64,000 nucleotides of DNA from Eledone cirrhosa (Eukaryota): NCBI GenBank assembly GCA_964016885.1, contig OZ024742.1, positions 160,208,001-160,272,000 on the forward strand. The letters run 5' to 3'. A program made the translations under genes and the position numbers. The notes under the pieces were generated by a model, which was given only the letters and a program-made list of their open reading frames with translations, had not been told where the DNA came from and searched no databases. This document shows positions 26,101 to 41,007 of this stretch, piece by piece (position 1 is the stretch's first letter; every line of letters begins with the position of its first letter).

Positions 26101-29100
26101 TACTCTCTCTTCTCTTCATTTCATCCTGCACACCACGAACGCTATTTTTCTCTCTCTGCTCATAGCCTTCGCTCGTGTAGGATCTATTCTCTAAGCGCTC
26201 ATATATTCACCTAGCTTATGCTAAACAGAATAATTTTTGAAGCTTGTTTCTTTCCCCCGGTTAGCTTTACTCTGTTGTTCTCCTGTCTCACTCGCTTTAC
26301 GCGTTTTAATTGTCCTAATAACTTATTTTGGTTATTATTGCACCGACGTGAGATATATGATTTTTAATGCAATGAAATATCTATGATCTTCGGCAAATCA
26401 CTGATGAGGGACTTATTTTATTACATGTTATCCATGTCCTACCTGCAGTATTTTTCTCTATATTTTAATACATATATTTACCACTGCGATTCTGTGTTTT
26501 TTTTCTCTCTCTCTTACTGTTCCCCCATTCTCTCTGTTTCTCCCCCTCTGTCATGTCCGTTAACTCTTCCTCACACTTTCACTCACTCACTGTTTTTCTC
26601 TCTCTTCTCTTCATTTCATCCTGCACACCACGAACGCTATTTTTCTCTCTCTGCTCATAGCCTTCGCTCGTGTAGGATCTATTCTCTAAGCGCTCATATA
26701 TTCACCTAGCTTATGCTAAACAGAATAATTTTTAAAGCTTGTTTCTTTCCCCCGGTTAGCTTTACTCTGTTGTTCTCCTGTCTCACTCGCTTTACGCGTT
26801 TTAATTGTCCTAATAACTTATTTTGGTTATTATTGCACCGACGTGAGATATATGATTTTTAATGCAATGAAATATCTATGATCTTCGGCAAATCACTGAT
26901 GAGGGACTTATTTTATTACATGTTATCCATGTCCTACCTGCAGTATTTTTCTCTATATTTTAATACATATATTTACCACTGCGATTCTGTGTTTTTTTTC
27001 TCTCTCTCTTACTGTTCCCCCATTCTCTCTGTTTCTCCCCCTCTGTCATGTCCGTTAACTCTTCCTCACACTTTCACTCACTCACTGTTTTTCTCTCTCT
27101 TCTCTTCATTTCATCCTGCACACCACGAACGCTATTTTTCTCTCTCTGCTCATAGACTTCGCTCGTGTAGGATCTATTCTCTAAGCGCTCATATATTCAC
27201 CTAGCTTATGCTAAACAGAATAATTTTTGAAGCTTGTTTCTTTCCCCCGGTTAGCTTTACTCTGTTGTTCTCCTGTCTCACTCGCTTTACGCGTTTTAAT
27301 TGTCCTAATAACTTATTTTGGTTATTATTGCACCGACGTGAGATATATGATTTTTAATGCAATGAAATATCTATGATCTTCGGCAAATCACTGATGAGGG
27401 ACTTATTTTATTACATGTTATCCATGTGCTACCTGCAGTATTTTCTCTATATTTTAATACATATATTTACCACTGCGATTCTGTGTTTTTTTTCTCTCTC
27501 TCTTACTGTTCCCCCATTCTCTCTGTTTCTCCCCCTCTGTCATGTCCGTTAACTCTTCCTCACACTTTCACTCACTCACTGTTTTTCTCTCTCTTCTCTT
27601 CATTTCATCCTGCACACCACGAACGCTATTTTTCTCTCTCTGCTCATAGCCTTCGCTCGTGTAGGATCTATTCTCTAAGCGCTCATATATTCACCTAGCT
27701 TATGCTAAACAGAATAATTTTTGAAGCTTGTTTCTTTCCCCCGGTTAGCTTTACTCTGTTGTTCTCCTGTCTCACTCGCTTTACGCGTTTTAATTGTCCT
27801 AATAACTTATTTTGGTTATTATTGCACCGACGTGAGATATATGATTTTTAATGCAATGAAATATCTATGATCTTCGGCAAATCACTGATGAGGGACTTAT
27901 TTTATTACATGTTATCCATGTGCTACCTGCAGTATTTTTCTCTATATTTTAATACATATATTTACCACTGCGATTCTGTGTTTTTTTTCTCTCTCTCTTA
28001 CTGTTCCCCCATTCTCTCTGTTTCTCCCCCTCTGTCATGTCCGTTAACTCTTCCTCACACTTTCACTCACTCACTGTTTTTCTCTCTCTTCTCTTCATTT
28101 CATCCTGCACACCACGAACGCTATTTTTCTCTCTCTGCTCATAGCCTTCGCTCGTGTAGGATCTATTCTCTAAGCGCTCATATATTCACCTAGCTTATGC
28201 TAAACAGAATAATTTTTGAAGCTTGTTTCTTTCCCCCGGTTAGCTTTACTCTGTTGTTCTCCTGTCTCACTCGCTTTACGCGTTTTAATTGTCCTAATAA
28301 CTTATTTTGGTTATTATTGAACGACGTGAGATATATGATTTTTAATGCAATGAAATATCTATGATCTTCGGCAAATCACTGATGAGGGACTTATTTTATT
28401 ACATGTTATCCATGTCCTACCTGCAGTATTTTTCTCTATATTTTAATACATATATTTACCACTGCGATTCTGTGTTTTTTTTCTCTCTCTCTTACTGTTC
28501 CCCCATTCTCTCTGTTTCTCCCCCTCTGCCATGTCCGTTAACTCTTCCTCACACTTTCACTCACTCACTGTTTTTCTCTCTCTTCTCTTCATTTCATCCT
28601 GCACACCACGAACGCTATTTTTCTCTCTCTGCTCATAGACTTCGCTCGTGTAGGATCTATTCTCTAAGCGCTCATATATTCACCTAGCTTATGCTAAACA
28701 GAATAATTTTTGAAGCTTGTTTCTTTCCCCCGGTTAGCTTTACTCTGTTGTTCTCCTGTCTCACTCGCTTTACGCGTTTTAATTGTCCTAATAACTTATT
28801 TTGGTTATTATTGCACCGACGTGAGATATATGATTTTTAATGCAATGAAATATCTATGATCTTCGGCAAATCACTGATGAGGGACTTATTTTATTACATG
28901 TTATCCATGTGCTACCTGCAGTATTTTTCTCTATAATTTAATACATATATTTACCACTGCGATTCTGTGTTTTTTCTCTCTCTCTTACTGTTCCCCCATT
29001 CTCTCTGTTTCTCCCCCTCTGTCATGTCCGTTAACTCTTCCTCACACTTTCACTCACTCACTGTTTTTCTCTCTCTTCTCTTCATTTCATCCTGCACGCC

Positions 29101-32100
29101 ACGAACGCTATTTTTCTCTCTCTGCTCATAGCCTTCGCTCGTGTAGGATCTATTCTCTAAGCGCTCATATATTCACCTAGCTTATGCTAAACAGAATAAT
29201 TTTTGAAGCTTGTTTCTTTCCCCCGGTTAGCTTTACTCTGTTGTTCTCCTGTCTCACTCGCTTTACGCGTTTTAATTGTCCTAATAACTTATTTTGGTTA
29301 TTATTGCACCGACGTGAGATATATGATTTTTAATGCAATGAAATATCTATGATCTTCGGCAAATCACTGATGAGGGACTTATTTTATTACATGTTATCCA
29401 TGTCCTACCTGCAGTATTTTTCTCTATATTTTAATACATATATTTACCACTGCGATTCTGTGTTTTTTTTCTCTCTCTCTTACTGTTCCCCCATTCTCTC
29501 TGTTTCTCCCCCTCTGTCATGTCCGTTAACTCTTCCTCACACTTTCACTCACTCACTGTTTTTCTCTCTCTTCTCTTCATTTCATCCTGCACACCATGAA
29601 CGCTATTTTTCTCTCTCTGCTCATAGCCTTCGCTCGTGTAGGATCTATTCTCTAAGCGCTCATATATTCACCTAGCTTATGCTAAACACAATAATTTTTG
29701 AAGCTTGTTTCTTTCCCCGGTTAGCTTTACTCTGTTGTTCTCCTGTCTCACTCGCTTTACGCGTTTTAATTGTCCTAATAACTTATTTTGGTTATTATTG
29801 CACCGACGTGAGATATATGATTTTTAATGCAATGAAATATCTATGATCTTCGGCAAATCACTGATGAGGGACTTATTTTATTACATGTTATCCATGTGCT
29901 ACCTGCAGTATTTTTCTCTATATTATAATACATATATTTACCACTGCGATTCTGTGTTTTTTTTCTCTCTCTCTTACTGTTCCCCCATTCTCTCTGTTTC
30001 TCCCCCTCTGTCATGTCCGTTAACTCTTCCTCACACTTTCACTCACTCACTGTTTTACTCTCTCTTCTCTTCATTTCATCCTGCACACCACGAACGCTAT
30101 TTTTCTCTCTCTGCTCATAGCCTTCGCTCGTGTAGGATCTATTCTCTAAGCGCTCATATATTCACCTAGCTTATGCTAAACAGAATAATTTTTGAAGCTT
30201 GTTTCTTTCCCCCGGTTAGCTTTACTCTGTTGTTCTCCTGTCTCACTCGCTTTACGCGTTTTAATTGTCCTAATAACTTATTTTGGTTATTATTGCACCG
30301 ACGTGAGATATATGATTTTTAATGCAATGAAATATCTATGATCTTCGGCAAATCACTGATGAGGGACTTATTTTATTACATGTTATCCATGTGCTACCTG
30401 CAGTATTTTTCTCTATATTTTAATACATATATTTACCACTGCGATTCTGTGTTTTTTTTCTCTCTCTCTTACTGTTCCCCCATTCTCTCTGTTTCTCCCC
30501 CTCTGTCATGTCAGTTAACTCTTCCTCACACTTTCACTCACTCACTGTTTTTCTCTCTCTTCTCTTCATTTCATCCTGCACACCACGAACGCTATTTTTC
30601 TCTCTCTGCTCATAGCCTTCGCTCGTGTAGGATCTATTCTCTAAGCGCTCATATATTCACCTAGCTTATGCTAAACAGAATAATTTTTGAAGCTTGTTTC
30701 TTTCCCCCGGTTAGCTTTACTCTGTTGTTCTCCTGTCTCACTCGCTTTACGCGTATTAATTGTCCTAATAACTTATTTTGGTTATTATTGCACCGACGTG
30801 AGATATATGATTTTTAATGCAATGAAATATCTATGATCTTCGGCAAATCACTGATGAGGGACTTATTTTATTACATGTTATCCATGTCCTACCTGCAGTA
30901 TTTTTCTCTATATTTTAATACATATATTTACCACTGCGATTCTGTGTTTTTTTTCTCTCTCTCTTACTGTTCCCCCATTCTCTCTGTTTCTCCCCCTCTG
31001 TCATGTCCGTTAACTCTTCCTCACACTTTCACTCACTCACTGTTTTTCTCTCTCTTCTCTTCATTTCATCCTGCACACCACGAACGCTATTTTTCTCTCT
31101 CTGCTCATAGACTTCGCTCGTGTAGGATCTATTCTCTAAGCGCTCATATATTCACCTAGCTTATGCTAAACAGAATAATTTTTGAAGCTTGTTTCTTTCC
31201 CCCGGTTAGCTTTACTCTGTTGTTCTCCTGTCTCACTCGCTTTACGCGTTTTAATTGTCCTAATAACTTATTTTGGTTATTATTGCACCGACGTGAGATA
31301 TATGATTTTTAATGCAATGAAATATCTATGATCTTCGGCAAATCACTGATGAGGGACTTATTTTATTACATGTTATCCATGTGCTACCTGCAGTATTTTT
31401 CTCTATAATTTAATACATATATTTACCACTGCGATTCTGTGTTTTTTCTCTCTCTCTTACTGTTCCCCCATTCTCTCTGTTTCTCCCCCTCTGTCATGTC
31501 CGTTAACTCTTCCTCACACTTTCACTCACTCACTGTTTTTCTCTCTCTTCTCTTCATTTCATCCTGCACACCACGAACGCTATTTCTCTCTCTCTGCTCA
31601 TAGCCTTCGCTCGTGTAGGATCTATTCTCTAAGCGCTCATATATTCACCTAGCTTATGCTAAACAGAATAATTTTTGAAGCTTGTTTCTTTCCCCCGGTT
31701 AGCTTTACTCTGTTGTTCTCCTGTCTCACTCGCTTTACGCGTTTTAATTGTCCTAATAACTTATTTTGGTTATTATTGCACCGACGTGAGATATAAGATT
31801 TTTAATGCAATGAAATATCTATGATCTTCGGCAAATCACTGATGAGGGACTTATTTTATTACATGTTATCCATGTCCTACCTGCAGTATTTTTCTCTATA
31901 TTTTAATACATATATTTACCACTGCGATTCTGTGTTTTTTTTCTCTCTCTCTTACTGTTCCCCCATTCTCTCTGTTTCTCCCCCTCTGTCATGTCCGTTA
32001 ACTCTTCCTCACACTTTCACTCACTCACTGTTTTTCTCTCTCTTCTCTTCATTTCATCCTGCACACCACGAACGCTATTTTTCTCTCTCTGCTCATAGCC

Positions 32101-35100
32101 TTCGCTCGTGTAGGATCTATTCTCTAAGCGCTCATATATTCACCTAGCTTATGCTAAACAGAATAATTTTTGAAGCTTGTTTCTTTCCCCCGGTTAGCTT
32201 TACTCTGTTGTTCTCCTGTCTCACTCGCTTTACGCGTTTTAATTGTCCTAATAACTTATTTTGGTTATTATTGCACCGACGTGAGATATATGATTTTTAA
32301 TGCAATGAAATATCTATGATCTTCGGCAAATCACTGATGAGGGACTTATTTTATTACATGTTATCCATGTGCTACCTGCAGTATTTTTCTCTATATTTTA
32401 ATACATATATTTACCACTGCGATTCTGTGTTTTTTTTCTCTCTCTCTTACTGTTCCCCCATTCTCTCTGTTTCTCCCCCTCTGTCATGTCCGTTAACTCT
32501 TCCTCACACTTTCACTCACTCACTGTTTTTCTCTCTCTTTTCTTCATTTCATCCTGCACACCACGAACGCTATTTTTCTCTCTCTGCTCATAGCCTTCGC
32601 TCGTGTAGGATCTATTCTCTAAGCGCTCATATATTCACCTAGCTTATGCTAAACAGAATAATTTTTGAAGCTTGTTTCTTTCCCCCGGTTAGCTTTACTC
32701 TGTTGTGCTCCTGTCTCCCTCGCTTTACGCGTTTTAATTGTCCTAATAACTTATTTTGGTTATTATTGCACCGACGTGAGATATATGATTTTTAATGCAA
32801 TGAAATATCTATGATCTTCGGCAAATCACTGATGAGGGACTTATTTTATTACATGTTATCCATGTCCTACCTGCAGTATTTTTCTCTATATTTTAATACA
32901 TATATTTACCACTGTGATTCTGTGTTTTTTTTCTCTCTCTCTTACTGTTCCCCCATTCTCTCTGTTTCTCCCCCTCTGTCATGTCCGTTAACTCTTCCTC
33001 ACACTTTCACTCACTCACTGTTTTTCTCTCTCTTCTCTTCATTTCATCCTGCACACCACGAACGCTATTTTTCTCTCTCTGCTCATAGACTTCGCTCGTG
33101 TAGGATCTATTCTCTAAGCGCTCATATATTCACCTAGCTTATGCTAAACAGAATAATTTTTGAAGCTTGTTTCTTTCCCCCGGTTAGCTTTACTCTGTTG
33201 TTCTCCTGTCTCACTCGCTTTACGCGTTTTAATTGTCCTAATAACTTATTTTGGTTATTATTGCACCGACGTGAGATATATGATTTTTAATGCAATGAAA
33301 TATCTATGATCTTCGGCAAATCACTGATGAGGGACTTATTTTATTACATGTTATCCATGTGCTACCTGCAGTATTTTTCTCTATAATTTAATACATATAT
33401 TTACCACTGCGATTCTGTGTTTTTTCTCTCTCTCTTACTGTTCCCCCATTCTCTCTGTTTCTCCCCCTCTGTCATGTCCGTTAACTCTTCCTCACACTTT
33501 CACTCACTCACTGTTTTTCTCTCTCTTCTCTTCATTTCATCCTGCACACCACGAACGCTATTTTTCTCTCTCTGCTCATAGCCTTCGCTCGTGTAGGATC
33601 TATTCTCTAAGCGCTCATATATTCACCTAGCTTATGCTAAACAGAATAATTTTTGAAGCTTGTTTCTTTCCCCCGGTTAGCTTTACTCTGTTGTGCTCCT
33701 GTCTCACTCGCTTTACGCGTTTTAATTGTCCTAATAACTTATTTTGGTTATTATTGCACCGACGTGAGATATATGATTTTTAATGCAATGAAATATCTAT
33801 GATCTTCGGCAAATCACTGATGAGGGACTTATTTTATTACATGTTATCCATGTCCTACCTGCAGTATTTTTCTCTATATTTTAATACATATATTTACCAC
33901 TGCGATTCTGTGTTTTTTTTCTCTCTCTCTTACTGTTCCCCCATTCTCTCTGTTTCTCCCCCTCTGTCATGTCCGTTAACTCTTCCTCACACTTTCACTC
34001 ACTCACTGTTTTTCTCTCTCTTCTCTTCATTTCATCCTGCACACCACGAACGCTATTTTTCTCTCTCTGCTCATAGACTTCGCTCGTGTAGGATCTATTC
34101 TCTAAGCGCTCATATATTCACCTAGCTTATGCTAAACAGAATAATTTTTGAAGCTTGTTTCTTTCCCCCGGTTAGCTTTACTCTGTTGTTCTCCTGTCTC
34201 ACTCGCTTTACGCGTTTTAATTGTCCTAATAACTTATTTTGGTTATTATTGCACCGACGTGAGATATATGATTTTTAATGCAATGAAATATCTATGATCT
34301 TCGGCAAATCACTGATGAGGGACTTATTTTATTACATGTTATCCATGTGCTACCTGCAGTATTTTTCTCTATAATTTAATACATATATTTACCACTGCGA
34401 TTCTGTGTTTTTTCTCTCTCTCTTACTGTTCCCCCATTCTCTCTGTTTCTCCCCCTCTGTCATGTCCGTTAACTCTTCCTCACACTTTCACTCACTCACT
34501 GTTTTTCTCTCTCTTCTCTTCATTTCATCCTGCACACCACGAACGCTATTTCTCTCTCTCTGCTCATAGCCTTCGCTCGTGTAGGATCTATTCTCTAAGC
34601 GCTCATATATTCACCTAGCTTATGCTAAACAGAATAATTTTTGAAGCTTGTTTCTTTCCCCCGGTTAGCTTTACTCTGTTGTTCTCCTGTCTCACTCGCT
34701 TTACGCGTTTTAATTGTCCTAATAACTTATTTTGGTTATTATTGCACCGACGTGAGATATAAGATTTTTAATGCAATGAAATATCTATGATCTTCGGCAA
34801 ATCACTGATGAGGGACTTATTTTATTACATGTTATCCATGTCCTACCTGCAGTATTTTTCTCTATATTTTAATACATATATTTACCACTGCGATTCTGTG
34901 TTTTTTTTCTCTCTCTCTTACTGTTCCCCCATTCTCTCTGTTTCTCCCCCTCTGTCATGACCGTTAACTCTTCCTCACACTTTCACTCACTCACTGTTTT
35001 TCTCTCTCTTCTCTTCATTTCATCCTGCACACCACGAACGCTATTTTTCTCTCTCTGCTCATAGCCTTCGCTCGTGTAGGATCTATTCTCTAAGCGCTCA

Positions 35101-38100
35101 TATATTCACCTAGCTTATGCTAAACAGAATAATTTTTGAAGCTTGTTTCTTTCCCCCGGTTAGCTTTACTCTGTTGTTCTCCTGTCTCACTCGCTTTACG
35201 CGTTTTAATTGTCCTAATAACTTATTTTGGTTATTATTGCACCGACGTGAGATATATGATTTTTAATGCAATGAAATATCTATGATCTTCGGCAAATCAC
35301 TGATGAGGGACTTATTTTATTACATGTTATCCATGTGCTACCTGCAGTATTTTTCTCTATATTTTAATACATATATTTACCACTGCGATTCTGTGTTTTT
35401 TTTCTCTCTCTCTTACTGTTCCCCCATTCTCTCTGTTTCTCCCCCTCTGTCATGTCCGTTAACTCTTCCTCACACTTTCACTCACTCACTGTTTTTCTCT
35501 CTCTTCTCTTTATTTCATCCTGCACACCACGAACGCTATTTTTCTCTCTCTGCTCATAGCCTTCGCTCGTGTAGGATCTATTCTCTAAGCGCTCATATAT
35601 TCACCTAGCTTATGCTAAACAGAATAATTTTTGAAGCTTGTTTCTTTCCCCCGGTTAGCTTTACTCTGTTGTTCTCCTGTCTCACTCGCTTTACGCGTTT
35701 TAATTGTCCTAATAACTTACTTTGGTTATTATTGCACCGACGTGAGATATATGATTTTTAATGCAATGAAATATCTATGATCTTCGGCAAATCACTGATG
35801 AGGGACTTATTTTATTACATGTTATCCATGTCCTACCTGCAGTATTTTTCTCTATATTTTAATACATATATTTACCACTGCGATTCTGTGTTTTTTTTCT
35901 CTCTCTCTTACTGTTCCCCCATTCTCTCTGTTTCTCCCCCTCTGTCATGTCCGTTAACTCTTCCTCACATTTTCACTCACTCACTGTTTTTCTCTCTCTT
36001 CTCTTCATTTCATCCTGCACACCACGAACGCTATTTTTCTCTCTCTGCTCATAGACTTCGCTCGTGTAGGATCTATTCTCTAAGCGCTCATATATTCACC
36101 TAGCTTATGCTAAACAGAATAATTTTTGAAGCTTGTTTCTTTCCCCCGGTTAGCTTTACTCTGTTGTTCTCCTGTCTCACTCGCTTTACGCGTTTTAATT
36201 GTCCTAATAACTTATTTTGGTTATTATTGCACCGACGTGAGATATATGATTTTTAATGCAATGAAATATCTATGATCTTCGGCAAATCACTGATGAGGGA
36301 CTTATTTTATTACATGTTATCCATGTGCTACCTGCAGTATTTTTCTCTATAATTTAATACATATATTTACCACTGCGATTCTGTGTTTTTTCTCTCTCTC
36401 TTACTGTTCCCCCATTCTCTCTGTTTCTCCCCCTCTGTCATGTCCGTTAACTCTTCCTCACACTTTCACTCACTCACTGTTTTTCTCTCTCTTCTCTTCA
36501 TTTCATCCTGCACACCACGAACGCTATTTCTCTCTCTCTGCTCATAGCCTTCGCTCGTGTAGGATCTATTCTCTAAGCGCTCATATATTCACCTAGCTTA
36601 TACTAAACAGAATAATTTTTGAAGCTTGTTTCTTTCCCCCGGTTAGCTTTACTCTGTTGTTCTCCTGTCTCACTCGCTTTACGCGTTTTAATTGTCCTAA
36701 TAACTTATTTTGGTTATTATTGCACCGACGTGAGATATAAGATTTTTAATGCAATGAAATATCTATGATCTTCGGCAAATCACTGATGAGGGACTTATTT
36801 TATTACATGTTATCCATGTCCTACCTGCAGTATTTTTCTCTATATTTTAATACATATATTTACCACTGCGATTCTGTGTTTTTTTTCTCTCTCTCTTACT
36901 GTTCCCCCATTCTCTCTGTTTCTCCCCCTCTGTCATGTCCGTTAACTCTTCCTCACACTTTCACTCACTCACTGTTTTTCTCTCTCTTCTCTTCATTTCA
37001 TCCTGCACACCACGAACGCTATTTTTCTCTCTCTGCTCATAGCCTTCGCTCGTGTAGGATCTATTCTCTAAGCGCTCATATATTCACCTAGCTTATGCTA
37101 AACAGAATAATTTTTGAAGCTTGTTTCTTTCCCCCGGTTAGCTTTACTCTGTTGTTCTCCTGTCTCACTCGCTTTACGCGTTTTAATTGTCCTAATAACT
37201 TATTTTGGTTATTATTGCACCGACGTGAGATATATGATTTTTAATGCAATGAAATATCTATGATCTTCGGCAAATCACTGATGAGGGACTTATTTTATTA
37301 CATGTTATCCATGTGCTACCTGCAGTATTTTTCTCTATATTTTAATACATATATTTACCACTGCGATTCTGTGTTTTTTTTCTCTCTCTCTTACTGTTCC
37401 CCCATTCTCTCTGTTTCTCCCCCTCTGTCATGTCCGTTAACTCTTCCTCACACTTTCACTCACTCACTGTTTTTCTCTCTCTTCTCTTCATTTCATCCTG
37501 CACACCACGAACGCTATTTTTCTCTCTCTGCTCATAGACTTCGCTCGTGTAGGATCTATTCTCTAAGCGCTCATATATTCACCTAGCTTATGCTAAACAG
37601 AATAATTTTTGAAGCTTGTTTCTTTCCCCCGGTTAGCTTTACTCTGTTGTTCTCCTGTCTCACTCGCTTTACGCGTTTTAATTGTCCTAATAACTTATTT
37701 TGGTTATTATTGCACCGACGTGAGATATATGATTTTTAATGCAATGAAATATCTATGATCTTCGGCAAATCACTGATGAGGGACTTATTTTATTACATGT
37801 TATCCATGTGCTACCTGCAGTATTTTTCTCTATAATTTAATACATATATTTACCACTGCGATTCTGTGTTTTTTCTCTCTCTCTTACTGTTCCCCCATTC
37901 TCTCTGTTTCTCCCCCTCTGTCATGTCCGTTAACTCTTCCTCACACTTTCACTCACTCACTGTTTTTCTCTCTCTTCTCTTCATTTCATCCTGCACACCA
38001 CGAACGCTATTTCTCTCTCTCTGCTCATAGCCTTCGCTCGTGTAGGATCTATTCTCTAAGCGCTCATATATTCACCTAGCTTATGCTAAACAGAATAATT

Positions 38101-39312
38101 TTTGAAGCTTGTTTCTTTCCCCCGGTTAGCTTTACTCTGTTGTTCTCCTGTCTCACTCGCTTTACGCGTTTTAATTGTCCTAATAACTTATTTTGGTTAT
38201 TATTGCACCGACGTGAGATATATGATTTTTAATGCAATGAAATATCTATGATCTTCGGCAAATCACTGATGAGGGACTTATTTTATTACATGTTATCCAT
38301 GTCCTACCTGCAGTATTTTTCTCTATATTTTAATACATATATTTACCACTGCGATTCTGTGTTTTTTTTCTCTCTCTCTTACTGTTCCCCCATTCTCTCT
38401 GTTTCTCCCCCTCTGTCATGTCCGTTAACTCTTCCTCACACTTTCACTCACTCACTGTTTTTCTCTCTCTTCTCTTCATTTCATCCTGCACACCACGAAC
38501 GCTATTTTTCTCTCTCTGCTCATAGACTTCGCTCGTGTAGGATCTATTCTCTAAGCGCTCATATATTCACCTAGCTTATGCTAAACAGAATAATTTTTGA
38601 AGCTTGTTTCTTTCCCCCGGTTAGCTTTACTCTGTTGTTCTCCTGTCTCACTCGCTTTACGCGTTTTAATTGTCCTAATAACTTATTTTGGTTATTATTG
38701 CACCGACGTGAGATATATGATTTTTAATGCAATGAAATATCTATGATCTTCGGCAAATCACTGATGAGGGACTTATTTTATTACATGTTATCCATGTGCT
38801 ACCTGCAGTATTTTTCTCTATAATTTAATACATATATTTACCACTGCGATTCTGTGTTTTTTCTCTCTCTCTTACTGTTCCCCCATTCTCTCTGTTTCTC
38901 CCCCTCTGTCATGTCCGTTAACTCTTCCTCACACTTTCACTCACTCACTGTTTTTCTCTCTCTTCTCTTCATTTCATCCTGCACACCACGAACGCTATTT
39001 TTCTCTCTCTGCTCATAGCCTTCGCTCGTGTAGGATCTATTCTCTAAGCGCTCATATATTCACCTAGCTTATGCTAAACAGAATAATTTTTGAAGCTTGT
39101 TTCTTTCCCCCGGTTAGCTTTACTCTGTTGTTCTCCTGTCTCACTCGCTTTACGCGTTTTAATTGTCCTAATAACTTATTTTGGTTATTATTGCACCGAC
39201 GTGAGATATATGATTTTTAATGCAATGAAATATCTATGATCTTCGGCAAATCACTGATGAGGGACTTATTTTATTACATGTTATCCATGTGCTACCTGCA
39301 GTATTTTTCTCT
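8154..39312 (+). repeat. Tandem array of 63 x ~495-bp units (493-498 bp), satellite or retrozyme-like array
   Basis: Landmark CTATGATCTTCGGCAAATCACTGATGAGGGAC recurs from 8571 to 39234 every ~494.6 bp; units differ by a few SNPs and T-run/CT-run length; (TA)n on both sides. Confidence 0.98.
8502..8602 (+). ncRNA. Candidate non-circularly permuted hammerhead ribozyme (first of 63 copies)
   Basis: GTCC-TAATAAC..GTTATTA-TTGCA-CCGACGTG-AGATA-TA^-TGATTT-TTAA-TGCAA-T-GAAA-TATCT-12nt-AAATCA-CTGATGA-G-GGAC; helices covary with 3717-3818(-). Confidence 0.7.
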
Positions 39313-39321
39313 CCCTCTCTC

Positions 39322-39563
<242 letters not shown>

Positions 39564-39851
39564 ACTTGGGGAGGGTCATATTTGTGTATAATAATATTGC
39601 CAGAATTGATAACAGAACACACTCACTGTTTGGTTGGTTTTCGCTTCTGTGTCTTTTAAATCGGTTAATTTAATTTATTCGGTCCTCAATATTACCATTG
39701 ACTGACCAACAGTAAAAAATACAAATACAATATAGACACAAATATAGACCCCAAATATACAAGCTGAGCTGTTGATGAATACCACGATTTCAAACTGCTA
39801 ATCTTGAGTGAAACATTGATGTAAATAATAAAATTACAATCACCTGTTATA

Positions 39852-39898
39852 TGCCTTGAAAAGTCCCACCATATGGTCGGACGAAACGGCTGTCGGCA
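39852..39898 (+). ncRNA. Degenerate type I hammerhead
   Basis: TGCC-TTGAAAA(two changes from CTGANGA)-GTCCcACCA-TA-TGGTcGGAC-GAAA-CGGCTG-TC-GGCA; stems retained, core mutated. Confidence 0.6.
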
Positions 39899-39942
39899 AT
39901 AAACTTGTTATAATGTCATAATAGTTCCTTTGTTCTTTTTCA

Positions 39943-40027
<85 letters not shown>

Positions 40028-40086
40028 GTATATATATGTATATATATGTATATATATGTATGTATATATATATGTGTGTATATATG

Positions 40087-40690
40087 TCAGGTGACCAGTT
40101 GGTGCTACTGGTAACATGTATCCCAGTCCAACCTGTCTCATGGTCGGGTCGTTGGCGACTAAACTGGCAACCCCACCAAGGTTTCTTGGTGAGGAGGGTG
40201 ACTTTGGACATCCTGCAGGACTAAAAACAAAACCTGTCAAAGGGCAAAGGAGCTCTTAAGAGTCAATGGCCATCCAAAATCACCGGGAGAGATGACCCCT
40301 TAGCCTTTGTCAAGGCAGAATTCTAGGAGAAGGAAAACTCTGATATAACACCTGCAACCCTGATGGTATCCAATGATGTTGATTTGTTCTTCTTTTTGGT
40401 AAATATCATCTTGGTTAAGAGAGTGGGACTGGCTTTGTGCAGTGCCTTTGCTCACTATAAAAGCTTCACTGCACAGGCATTGCTTTATATCTGGAGATCT
40501 CTCTGCACTTGTCATCATATGGTACCATGGGCCCAGCACTATGTGTCAATAATTGTCACAAGTGTAGTGTTTGTACCAGAGTTTTCAAGTCGCTGGCTGG
40601 ACTAAAAATTCACACTCGTTCAGCGCATCGGTAGGGGTTCTCCTACATATAAAGTAGTGGCCGTACTCGAAAACGAGTTGGCAGCCACCA
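40087..40690 (+). mobile_element. Non-autonomous retroposon, possibly RTE-derived
   Basis: TAGGAGAAGGAAAACTCTGA at 40324-40343 resembles RTE-clade 5' UTRs (recalled, not searched); second copy at 6591-6911 shares the 3' end; inserted in (TA)n. Confidence 0.55.
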
Positions 40691-40732
40691 TATGTGTATA
40701 TATACATGTATATATATGTATGTATGTATATA

Positions 40733-40764
<32 letters not shown>

Positions 40765-40785
40765 AATATATGTATGTATATATAC

Positions 40786-40888
<103 letters not shown>

Positions 40889-41007
40889 TATATTTAAATA
40901 TATACTATTTATATATATGTTTATATACATATGTATATATATATATTTATTTTACGTATATATTATATACTTTTATTTATTTACCATATATTTAAATATA
41001 TATATAT

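Noticed and set aside
8154-39312. CRISPR array, or 5S/tRNA/snRNA gene cluster
   Set aside because: No unique spacers, eukaryotic context, and no recognisable 5S, tRNA or U-snRNA sequence in the unit.
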